Assembly: GCA_016784445.1 (NCBI GenBank)
Contig: JADHUR010000002.1
Location: 31,092-95,091 of the forward strand
Reading direction: 5' to 3'
Origin: Patescibacteria group bacterium
Lineage (GTDB): Bacteria; Patescibacteriota; Patescibacteriia; UBA1558
Length of the DNA stretch: 64,000 nt
A program made the position numbers and the translations under genes. Every line of letters begins with the position of its first letter. Position 1 is the stretch's first letter. This document shows, in pieces, positions 52,812 through 64,000 of the stretch. The notes below the pieces were generated by a model. The model saw only the letters and a program-made list of their open reading frames with translations, had not been told where the DNA came from and made no database searches.

Positions 52812-53137
52812 CAAAGACAACTCATTATGAGTTGTCTTTTTGATTCATTAAATTTTTTGTGCTAAGATACTATGAAAATTGAGAAAGGGATATGTAAATC
52901 GGGGTCGCCGATTCTCCAAAAAATAAAATAAACAGTACGTTTATTATAAGCCGTCGGACGATTAAGAAGTCGTTTGATGTGTATATAAAGTGTAAAGTCC
53001 TGGGGTTAACCAGGACTTTACGGGGTTTGCTAAATCTGCCAAAGGCAGCTAGCTAATACATTATTAAGTAATTTAATTAGAATGTCAATGGCTAAGACTA
53101 TCTTTGGAGATAGTTTTAATTATTTAATAATAAAGAG

Positions 53138-53551
53138 ATGAATTTGAACAAAGCAACATTGATCGGTAATTTGGTTGCCGATCCAGAAGCGAAGAAAATG
53201 CCATCAGGTATTGATTTGTCCGTATTCCGTGTAGCAACAAATCATACATGGAAGGACAAGAAGACAAAAGAGGTTAAAGAAAGTGTTGAGTATCACCATG
53301 TTATTGCATGGGGTAAACTAGCAGGTATTATTAACAAGTATTTAAAGAAAGGAAGTAGCGTTTATTTAGAAGGTAGAATTGTTACTAGATCTTGGGAAGA
53401 TGACAAGGGAATAAAAAGATATATGACAGAGATTATTGCTGATCAGTTAATAATGCTTGGACATAAGAATAAAGAAGAGAAACAACCGGATGAGCTGACA
53501 GAGGAAGATATTACTGTTGAGGAAGTTAAGGAAGAGGAGATAAAGAATTAG
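53138..53551 (+). CDS. ssb: Single-stranded DNA-binding protein (short, no DDIPF tip)
   Basis: LNKATLIGNL..DPE, KG..VY.EG.I.TRSW and TEI. Confidence 0.93.
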   Translation: MNLNKATLIGNLVADPEAKKMPSGIDLSVFRVATNHTWKDKKTKEVKESVEYHHVIAWGKLAGIINKYLKKGSSVYLEGRIVTRSWEDDKGIKRYMTEIIADQLIMLGHKNKEEKQPDELTEEDITVEEVKEEEIKN

Positions 53552-53633
53552 TATTAGTCGGGGGTTAATTATTGGTTAACGACCCTGGCTGATAATTAAC
53601 CCCTCTAATATATTAACTATTTATGTTAAGAAT

Positions 53634-55550
53634 ATGTATTTAGAGGATATTAAATTAACTGTATTTATATTATTGGTGGGATTATTTGTGATAGTCTTTC
53701 TTTCAAGTATTCAGGTCGTAGTAGCTCAAGTAAATTCCTCAATAATATTTACAGAGATCATGTATGATTTAGAGGGAGCAGATGATGGTTATGAATGGGT
53801 AGAAATATATAATGGTAGTGATGTAGATTATGTAATAGATAGTAGTTGGAGGTTCTATGATGGGAGTAATCACGTAGTGACCGTTACTCAAGGCGATGGA
53901 ATTCTATCTGCAGGTGAAGTTATTATTATTGCAGATAATACAGAGAATTATATTTTAACCCATCCAGACTATACTGAGGATCTATTAGATTCAGTTGTTA
54001 AATTAAATAATACAGGAGAAACCTTAAAATTGAGTTTGGATGGTGGAGAAACCTGGATTATAGAAGTAGAGTATTCAAGTTCTGTAGGAGCTGCAGGAGA
54101 TGGCAATACGTTAGAATATAATGGAGACGCTTGGCAGCAAAGTTTAATTGTTGGGGGTTCGCCGGGAGCCTATTTGGCAAATGATGAAGAAATAGAATGT
54201 TGTGATTGTAACTCATGTAATGTTATAGACATTATTCCAGACAATAATGAAGAAGCAGTAGAGATTATTGAAGAAGAAATTGAAGAAATAGTTGAAGAAG
54301 AGATTACAGATAATGGCAGCACTAGCATAACAAATCAGGAGGTTATAAAGGTGGTATACAGTGAAGTAATTATTATAAATGAGTTAATTCCAGATCCAGC
54401 GGGTAGCGATGAAGAGGGCGAATATATTGAATTGTTTAATAAAGGATCGGAATCTGTTGACATGGTGGGCTGGTACTTAATTGATGCTAGTGGCAAGAAA
54501 TTTGAATTGATAGGTAGTATTAATGGGCAGGAGTATTTAGTTATTTATAGAACAGAATCTAAAATAACATTAAATAATAGTGCAGGTGATAGTATTAGAT
54601 TATTGAATCCCATAGATGAAGTTGTATCGGAAGTTATGTACAGTGAATCGGTTGGTGGAGAAAGCTATTCGTATATAGATTCTGAATGGGTATGGACAGA
54701 TCAATTAACCCCAGGAGAGATTAATATTAGGGCTGTTGCTATAGAGATTGCTGAAGATGAGCCTGAAGAAGATGTCGATATAGAAATAAAGGAAGAAACA
54801 ATGGAATTACAATTGATATCTGAAATAAAGAATTTAGATAAGGATACAGAGGTATATGTGCGAGGAATTGTTACAGCACTCCCTGGACAATTTGCAGATA
54901 CATACTTTTATATATCAGAAATAGATTTTGATGGAGAAATAAACCTAAGTACAGGTATTCAAATTTATTCTTCTAAAAAATATTTTCCAGATTTAGAAAT
55001 TGGAGATATTATTAAAGTTTTTGGAAAATTATCAGAGACCAGTGGAGAGAAAAGAATCAAGATATTAGCAGAGGACGATATTCAATTTATTGAATCATAT
55101 AGCCTTCCTCAACCAGAAGAAGTTTTAACAGGAGAGATCTCTGATGATTATGAAGGGGGTCTTGTCTATGTGCAGGCTGATCTTATAGATAAGAAATCTA
55201 CCTCATGGTATTTAGATGACGATTCGGGAGAAATACGTGTATATATAAGCTCTAAGACAGGCATTGAAAAACCAATCGTAGAATTGGGACAACAAGTATT
55301 AGTGATAGGTATTATTAGTGAAACTAAGAGTGGCTTCCGTTTATTACCTAGATTCGATGAGGATATTGTTGTAGAAAAACTCGTTTTAGAGGAATTAGAA
55401 CCGGAGATAAATGTAATAAATAAATCTACAGATAAGTATATTAATTCAGAAGAGGGAACAAATGAAGATAGGGGTGATTTTGTTGGGTATGGCTTAGGAG
55501 TTGTTAGTCTTACAATGGTTTCCTGGGTATTAAAGTTAAAGTTAGTATAA
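53634..55550 (+). CDS. Membrane-anchored surface protein with two lamin-tail domains and OB-fold-like domains
   Basis: FTEIMYD..G.D...EWVEIYN, INEL.PDP.GSD..GEYIELFN, LDD.SGEIRVY, LLPR...DI and a C-terminal TM. Confidence 0.75.
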   Translation: MYLEDIKLTVFILLVGLFVIVFLSSIQVVVAQVNSSIIFTEIMYDLEGADDGYEWVEIYNGSDVDYVIDSSWRFYDGSNHVVTVTQGDGILSAGEVIIIADNTENYILTHPDYTEDLLDSVVKLNNTGETLKLSLDGGETWIIEVEYSSSVGAAGDGNTLEYNGDAWQQSLIVGGSPGAYLANDEEIECCDCNSCNVIDIIPDNNEEAVEIIEEEIEEIVEEEITDNGSTSITNQEVIKVVYSEVIIINELIPDPAGSDEEGEYIELFNKGSESVDMVGWYLIDASGKKFELIGSINGQEYLVIYRTESKITLNNSAGDSIRLLNPIDEVVSEVMYSESVGGESYSYIDSEWVWTDQLTPGEINIRAVAIEIAEDEPEEDVDIEIKEETMELQLISEIKNLDKDTEVYVRGIVTALPGQFADTYFYISEIDFDGEINLSTGIQIYSSKKYFPDLEIGDIIKVFGKLSETSGEKRIKILAEDDIQFIESYSLPQPEEVLTGEISDDYEGGLVYVQADLIDKKSTSWYLDDDSGEIRVYISSKTGIEKPIVELGQQVLVIGIISETKSGFRLLPRFDEDIVVEKLVLEELEPEINVINKSTDKYINSEEGTNEDRGDFVGYGLGVVSLTMVSWVLKLKLV

Positions 55551-55817
55551 AATAAAAAACCAGCTTTTTAGCTGAGTTTATAATTGGATTTATTAATTAC
55601 CGTTTTAGCTCCCTCCTTCCAACTCTGCAATAGAATTATAAAGAGGGAGTATAAAAAGGGAATATCTTCTTAATACTCGACTCTCGAGTGTTTTGATAAA
55701 GAAGATATCAATGGAATTGTAATACAAAAGTTATTAACAGTCAAATGGTAATTGATATTTTTTTGTTTATATTGACTTTGTTAAGGAAATAAAGTATAAA
55801 TTATTACAGTTAAATAA

Positions 55818-55902
55818 GCCGGGGTGGTGGAATTGGTAGACACGCGTGGTTTAGGACCACGTGTCGCAAGGCGTGCAGGTTCAAGTCCTGTCCCCGGCAC
55901 CA
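55818..55902 (+). tRNA. tRNA-Leu(TAG)
   Basis: cgtgg-ttTAGga-ccacg, variable arm, ACCA. Confidence 0.95.
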
Positions 55903-55937
55903 CACACGTTTCATTGCGCGTGTTTTTTTATAAAAAG

Positions 55938-55980
55938 AAAACCACCCCGAATCGTTAATCCGATTCGGGATGGTGGTTTG
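55938..55980 (-). terminator. GC-rich terminator of the lipoprotein gene
   Basis: aaaccaccccgaatcg/cgattcgggatggtggttt. Confidence 0.7.
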
Positions 55981-55989
55981 TAGTTTAGA

Positions 55990-57018
55990 TTAGTCTTCTC
56001 CAATCCAAACACCTGATACGCCGGTAGTCACCAGCTCGTCTTCGAAGGTGAATGCGTATGGTTGATTTCTTTCGCTTCCCAGGATAATAAGCTCGCCCGA
56101 TTCTCCAGACGTGGCGTAGTTATCTCCGCGGAGAATACCACTCAAGTTGAGCGATTCCGACCCTTGAATTAGGCTATCCAAAGCAACCGAGTTCTCATTT
56201 GAGAATACTATCCTAACTCGCAGAGGTGCGTTCCCACTGTTTGATATTAATACAGTGTCTAGGTCAGCGGAGCTTAAGCCGTAATAACTTTGAAAATCAA
56301 AGTTGTAGCCCGGCATGTTGAACGTGTTGATATTAAGAGGGTATTCTATTAAAGATTGTCCAGATATCTCCAGATTAATAATAGCGCCCATCTTGGTTCC
56401 AGCAACGTCATATTCATCAGTAACCGTAACAGTGTCACCGCCTAGGGTATAGCTGTAGGACAGGGTAAGGGTGTCGGTAAATTCACCAATCTCCATTTCA
56501 AGTAGACTACCAATTCCAGCCAAAGGTGTTACGTGTTCTTTCACGATATTTACAATTGGCAGGGCGGTTACTTCGGTTCCCTGTTCAGAGGCCTGTATGA
56601 GACTGATGGCACCAGGAAAGATCTCAAGATTGTTGGCGGTAAAATCGATATCAAAGATATCTTGATTACCAACGTTCATAATTACGTATTGTAGAGTTCT
56701 CGTGTTAAGAACTTCACCGTAGTCAATCATTGCTGCCGCTATTTTGGCTAAACTGCCTTCTGTTAAATCCTCAAGTCGAATCGCAAGGCGACCCATTTTT
56801 TTCAGATTTTCCATAGCAGCTTCGCGCGGAAGATACTCTTTCCCGTCTGTTCCGGTAAATTTCTTTGCCAGAGCTTCGTTGCTCAACGGAACAAGGATTA
56901 ACTTGCTCATTGTTTCAGGCGGATCATCGTTTGGACCGGTGGGTCCGTTGTCGCAGCCGGTCATCACCATGACTACCAGCAATACGGTTGTCAGTAAAAA
57001 ACTCATCTTTTTTCTCAT
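55990..57018 (-). CDS. Putative lipoprotein of unknown function with atypical composition
   Basis: Lipobox MTG-C followed by DNGPTGPND; AAGGAG SD; visibly higher GC than neighbours. Confidence 0.75.
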   Translation of the reverse strand: MRKKMSFLLTTVLLVVMVMTGCDNGPTGPNDDPPETMSKLILVPLSNEALAKKFTGTDGKEYLPREAAMENLKKMGRLAIRLEDLTEGSLAKIAAAMIDYGEVLNTRTLQYVIMNVGNQDIFDIDFTANNLEIFPGAISLIQASEQGTEVTALPIVNIVKEHVTPLAGIGSLLEMEIGEFTDTLTLSYSYTLGGDTVTVTDEYDVAGTKMGAIINLEISGQSLIEYPLNINTFNMPGYNFDFQSYYGLSSADLDTVLISNSGNAPLRVRIVFSNENSVALDSLIQGSESLNLSGILRGDNYATSGESGELIILGSERNQPYAFTFEDELVTTGVSGVWIGED

Positions 57019-57182
57019 GATGGTTCTCCTTTTCTATATTTTTGGATTTGTTAAGGATCGAATCATTTCTTTCCTTTCTTAATTATTACACAGAAATTGA
57101 TTATGTAATAGCCTATAGTAGCTTATTTTCAGCATTTTGTCAAGGGTATATTCAGTGTATAACTATTTAAACCTGTTTCTCT

Positions 57183-57211
57183 TGACATTATATAGAATTT
57201 AATATATTATA
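57183..57211 (+). promoter_or_regulatory. rRNA (23S-5S) promoter
   Basis: TTGACA-17 nt-TATTAT; boxA-like GATCATTAATAA at 57387. Confidence 0.7.
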
Positions 57212-57471
57212 CATGTGCTATTGAGAGGGTTATTAACACCCTGTAAGTAGCAAAAATAAGAGATTTAGAGCAAATAGAGAAATATGAAGAAATTTCATTT
57301 AATTCGAAACCGACCAGGCAGTTAAGTTGAGGATTTTTCCTACACGTAACTCCGCTTGGTAACAAGCGGTTTTTTGTTCCTAAATTGATCATTAATAATT
57401 GCATAGGTAACATAACGAGCATTTGTAATAAAAATAAATGTGCTACTTTTAGTAACCTAGCCAAAATATTT

Positions 57472-60596
<3,125 letters not shown>

Positions 60597-60778
60597 AATT
60601 ATTTTGTTTAGGTTAAATAAAATAATAACTAAAAGTAAAAGTTATGTTACCTTATACAGGCAGTATTAAGCTTGTAATGGTGTTTATTTTCTTAATAGCC
60701 ATCATATGTGTTAGTTTCATCGTATTTCCTATAATATAATCGTCGGTAGTTAGTTAATAATATATTGTTAATTAGCTT

Positions 60779-60890
60779 CCGGTGATTCTTGCGAAGGGGA
60801 AACACCCGATCCCATTTCGAACTCGGTAGTTAAGCTCTTCAGCGCCGATGATACTTGCCCCTGTGGTGTGGGAAAGTAGGCCATTGCCGG
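60779..60890 (+). rRNA. rrf: 5S rRNA
   Basis: ACACCCGATCCCAT.TCGAACTCGG.AGTTAAG, GCGCCGATG and AGTAGG; ccgg termini. Confidence 0.95.
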
Positions 60891-60898
60891 TTTTATGA

Positions 60899-60930
60899 AG
60901 AAGGCGTTCCATTTTGGAACGCTTTTTTCT
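60899..60930 (+). terminator. rRNA operon terminator
   Basis: aaggcgttcca/tggaacgcttt with T-tract. Confidence 0.85.
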
Positions 60931-61453
60931 TTCTTCAATTAATTTTATAAAAATATTTATATATGTATTATAATAAATTGTAAATTTTAAAAAGATATGT
61001 CTATGAATAATTGTTAAATAAAATCAAAAAGATATCCACAGTTTGTATAATTATACGATTTCATTTATTTACTTTCACAATATACTTTTATAATTTTTAT
61101 AAGGTTATTTTTAAAAATAGTTTTAGAATAGAATAAATAGTAAATTGTAAAATCAATAATGGGATGATGTAATAAGATTATGAGTATAAAAGATAAACTT
61201 AAATTTAAATATGAAAAGCACTCAACAGCTTTCTATAAAATAGAGCTGGCTAAAAATAGATATTCTTTTTAACAATAAGTGAGAAGCACTCGGTCAGTTA
61301 AAAATAATCGTACTATTAACTATTGCAGTATTATCAAATCTAATATTAATTAGGGGTAGAACGCCGTTTAGTAGCAGCTGTTATGAGTGTTCATTATAAA
61401 CCAAAAATCCCGTAAAAAGCGGGATTTTTGATTCTATCTAGATAGAATTGAAG

Positions 61454-61714
61454 TTATTTTCTCTTCTTTCTCTTAGCAGGTTTTTTCTTAGCTACTTTCT
61501 TTTTCTTTGGAGCAGCTTTTTTCTTCTTAGCTACTTTCTTTTTCTTTGGAGCAGCTTTCTTCTTCTTAGCTACTTTCTTTCTCTTTGGAGCAGCTTTTTT
61601 CTTAGCCACTTTCTTTTTCTTTGGAGCAGCTTTTTTCTTAGCCACTTTCTTCTTAGCTACTTTTTTCTTTGGAGCAGCTTTTTTCTTAGCTACTTTTCTT
61701 TTTTTTGCTGGCAT
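61454..61714 (-). CDS. Histone H1-like Lys/Ala/Pro repeat protein
   Basis: AAGGAGGTG SD 6 nt before ATG; repeats of KKKVAKKKAAPK; terminator at 61404-61429. Confidence 0.85.
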   Translation of the reverse strand: MPAKKRKVAKKKAAPKKKVAKKKVAKKKAAPKKKKVAKKKAAPKRKKVAKKKKAAPKKKKVAKKKKAAPKKKKVAKKKPAKRKKRK

Positions 61715-61862
61715 AATTGTCACCTCCTTCTTTTTTAGAATAAAATAATTTTATAAATTATTTTTATATGTATATATTATACAACTTTTTGACAACTCAA
61801 ACAATAATTATTTTAATATTTTTACAAATAAAAAATCACCAACTAAGTAGTTGATGATTTTT

Positions 61863-61939
61863 TGGTGGACCCGACTGGATTCGAACCAGCGACCCCCTGC
61901 TTGCAAAGCAGGTGCTCTAACCAGCTGAGCTACGGGCCC
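61863..61939 (-). tRNA. tRNA-Ala(TGC)
   Basis: Reverse-strand cloverleaf, ttTGCaa loop, G3:U70. Confidence 0.95.
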
Positions 61940-61946
61940 GAAATAT

Positions 61947-62186
61947 TTATCTCACTAAAGGACCGGTGGCAGTTCCTAACACATCGTCATAAAGACCAGT
62001 AACAAGTAACATACCAATAACAATTCCCAGGAGACCAATTAATTTGTAAAACAATCTACTACCTCCACCTGTTCCTAAATACTTTTCAGCAAAAGCTATT
62101 CTTCCGAAGAAGTTAAACCAACTTTCTGTTTTCCAAATCATTGTAAATCCTATACCTATAAGGATTAATCCAAAAATGAATTTCAT
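61947..62186 (-). CDS. Small 2-TM membrane protein within the tRNA cluster
   Basis: 79 aa, two TM, FAEKYLG.GGSRLFYKLIG. Confidence 0.7.
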   Translation of the reverse strand: MKFIFGLILIGIGFTMIWKTESWFNFFGRIAFAEKYLGTGGGSRLFYKLIGLLGIVIGMLLVTGLYDDVLGTATGPLVR

Positions 62187-62196
62187 AATTTTAAAA

Positions 62197-62273
62197 TGGT
62201 GGGCGCTGAGGGATTCGAACCCCCGACCCTCTGGATGTAAACCAGATGCTCTAACCAGCTGAGCTAAGCGCCC
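62197..62273 (-). tRNA. tRNA-Val(TAC)
   Basis: tctgg-ttTACat-ccaga on the minus strand. Confidence 0.95.
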
Positions 62274-62305
62274 TTTTTGTTAAAGTGTTCTCAGTTTATT
62301 CGTGG

Positions 62306-62396
<91 letters not shown>

Positions 62397-62412
62397 AAGA
62401 AGTAGATGTGAA

Positions 62413-62814
62413 TTAACCGAGAAGTTTTTCTTTTAGACGTTTCTTATAATCTCTTAAGAAATATAGTTTTGAACGTCTAACCTTTGCTTCTTTCTTAATC
62501 TCTATTTTATCTATGTTTGGTGAAAAAATTGGAAATATCTTTTCTACACCAATACCCTCAGATATTTTACGAACTGTAATAGTCGCCCCCGGTTCTAAAC
62601 CATGTTTCATTGCAATGATACGACCTTCAAAAACTTGAACTCTCTCTTTCATTTCACCCTTAGCATTATTTTCTCTAATCTTTTGGTGAACACGAACAGT
62701 TAGTCCAGATCTTAAGTTAAGTGTTCTAGGGTCATATTTTGGAGCTTCAGATGATACTTTCTTTTCATCATTTACAGCTTCTTTAGGAGTTTGTTTTGCT
62801 GTTTTTTCTGACAT
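62413..62814 (-). CDS. rplS: 50S ribosomal protein L19
   Basis: ERVQVFEG, TVRKIS.GIGVEKIFP and VRRSKLYFLR. Confidence 0.97.
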   Translation of the reverse strand: MSEKTAKQTPKEAVNDEKKVSSEAPKYDPRTLNLRSGLTVRVHQKIRENNAKGEMKERVQVFEGRIIAMKHGLEPGATITVRKISEGIGVEKIFPIFSPNIDKIEIKKEAKVRRSKLYFLRDYKKRLKEKLLG

Positions 62815-62888
62815 ATTATTAATATTAGTAATTTATTTGCCTCAATATTTTACTTGAAAAGCTAAATAAAGTCAAGGGTTTTTGGCTA

Positions 62889-63473
62889 TTATATGTTATA
62901 GTCTTCTTTTTTTAGAATATCTATTATATTTTGCATAGCTTCCTCTAATTTGTCTCTTTCATTCGTAATTACATAGTCATAGTGTGGCATTTCATTGTCT
63001 AATTCCTGTTTGGCAGACTGGAGACGTTTTTTTACATCTTCATCACTAATGGATTCATCTCGTCTTCTTAATCTTCTTTCAATTTCCTCAAGGCCACCCG
63101 GATCAATAAATATTGTTGTAGCATTATAATTTTCCTTATAGAATTTAGCACCAACAAGGTCTGGATTAATTATTATGTTCTTTCCCGCTTCAAGTTTTGT
63201 TTCTAAATCTTTTTTATAACTACCATAACAAGTGCCGGTACCTTCTAATTTGGTGTGTTCAAGAATATTTCCATTATCTATATGTTGTTGGAATTCTTCT
63301 GGACTGAAAAAATAATAATCTACTTTATCTTTTTCATTTAATCTGGGAGGTCTTGTGGTTGCTGTTATTAGTCTTGTGAATTTTGGATATAATTCTATTA
63401 ATTTATTTGTAATTGTACTTTCTCCCGCAGTTGTTGGACCTGCAATAACGAGAACTCTTTTTTCTTTTGTCAT
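62889..63473 (-). CDS. gmk: Guanylate kinase-like protein with degenerate P-loop
   Basis: TTRPPR.NE...VDYYF, YG and YDYVITN; Walker A reads GPTTAGES. Confidence 0.85.
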   Translation of the reverse strand: MTKEKRVLVIAGPTTAGESTITNKLIELYPKFTRLITATTRPPRLNEKDKVDYYFFSPEEFQQHIDNGNILEHTKLEGTGTCYGSYKKDLETKLEAGKNIIINPDLVGAKFYKENYNATTIFIDPGGLEEIERRLRRRDESISDEDVKKRLQSAKQELDNEMPHYDYVITNERDKLEEAMQNIIDILKKEDYNI

Positions 63474-64000
63474 TTATTTTACTAAGGATGTTAATAGTTC
63501 TTCTAAGTCTTTTGGCAATTCAGAAGTGTATGAAACTCTATCTCCAGAGGGTAATGTAAATTCTAGCATACTAGCATGTAAAAACACTCTACCCAAATCA
63601 ATTGGATTCATTATATTCCTTGTTGTATATAGAGTGTCTCCAACTAGACTATGCCCAAGGGCTTGGAAATGTACTCTTATTTGATTCGTTCTTCCAGTAG
63701 ATATTTGAACTTTCAATAGACTATGATTAACATATCTTTGAATAATTTCAAAATGTGTTGATGCTCGTTTGCCGCCCTGCTCAATTGAGTGAGCTGCCAT
63801 TCTACCAGTATTCTTTGAACGACTGATTGGTAAATTAATCTCTCCTTCAACATCTTCAAAGTTTCCATAAGCAAGAGCGGTGTATTCCTTTTTTACTTTA
63901 CGAAGTTTAAATTCCATCCTTAAGTAATCTAACATATCTTGCGTTAAGGGAATAACCATCAGTCCTGAAACTTCTTTATCTAGTCTGTGCACGAGAGCTG
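63474..64000 (-). CDS. RluA/RluD pseudouridine synthase, 5' truncated by the window edge
   Basis: VHRLDKEVSG, TGRTNQIRVH and GD.LY. Confidence 0.93.
   Translation of the reverse strand, partial: ALVHRLDKEVSGLMVIPLTQDMLDYLRMEFKLRKVKKEYTALAYGNFEDVEGEINLPISRSKNTGRMAAHSIEQGGKRASTHFEIIQRYVNHSLLKVQISTGRTNQIRVHFQALGHSLVGDTLYTTRNIMNPIDLGRVFLHASMLEFTLPSGDRVSYTSELPKDLEELLTSLVK

Noticed and set aside
61448-61738. Plus-strand Phe/Leu/Ser repeat ORF
   Set aside because: Antisense mirror of the Lys-rich gene, which has the SD

Overview
AT-rich bacterial chromosome window. Gene content suggests Patescibacteria/CPR (inference): tandem VirB2/TrbC-like pilins, a 23S-5S rRNA unit without 16S, H+-PPase, bifunctional PGI/PMI and a lamin-tail/OB-fold surface protein. 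The window spans the replication origin (dnaN-oriC-dnaA-rpmH-rnpA-yidD-yidC, with two parS sites about 5 kb away). It also holds rpoBC, ftsK, recA, ruvC, tyrS, a PBP1A, nusA, tig, trxBA, ssb, rplS, 9 tRNAs and 23S/5S rRNA. No CRISPR array, IS element or prophage was seen. The main leads are: (1) an array of nine pilin genes with variable N-termini and mosaic identical DNA tracts; (2) an unassigned, apparently independently transcribed structured RNA of about 215 nt at 38.2-38.4 kb; (3) orphan membrane-protein cassettes sharing a boxA-like plus strong-SD leader; (4) a Bacillus-like origin unwinding module with TTATCAACA-type boxes; (5) a histone-H1-like protein; (6) a His-less CsoR-family repressor with a clear operator ahead of trxBA; (7) an apparently foreign lipoprotein gene next to tRNA-Leu. 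All calls come from reading the sequence by eye; no searches or folding programs were run.
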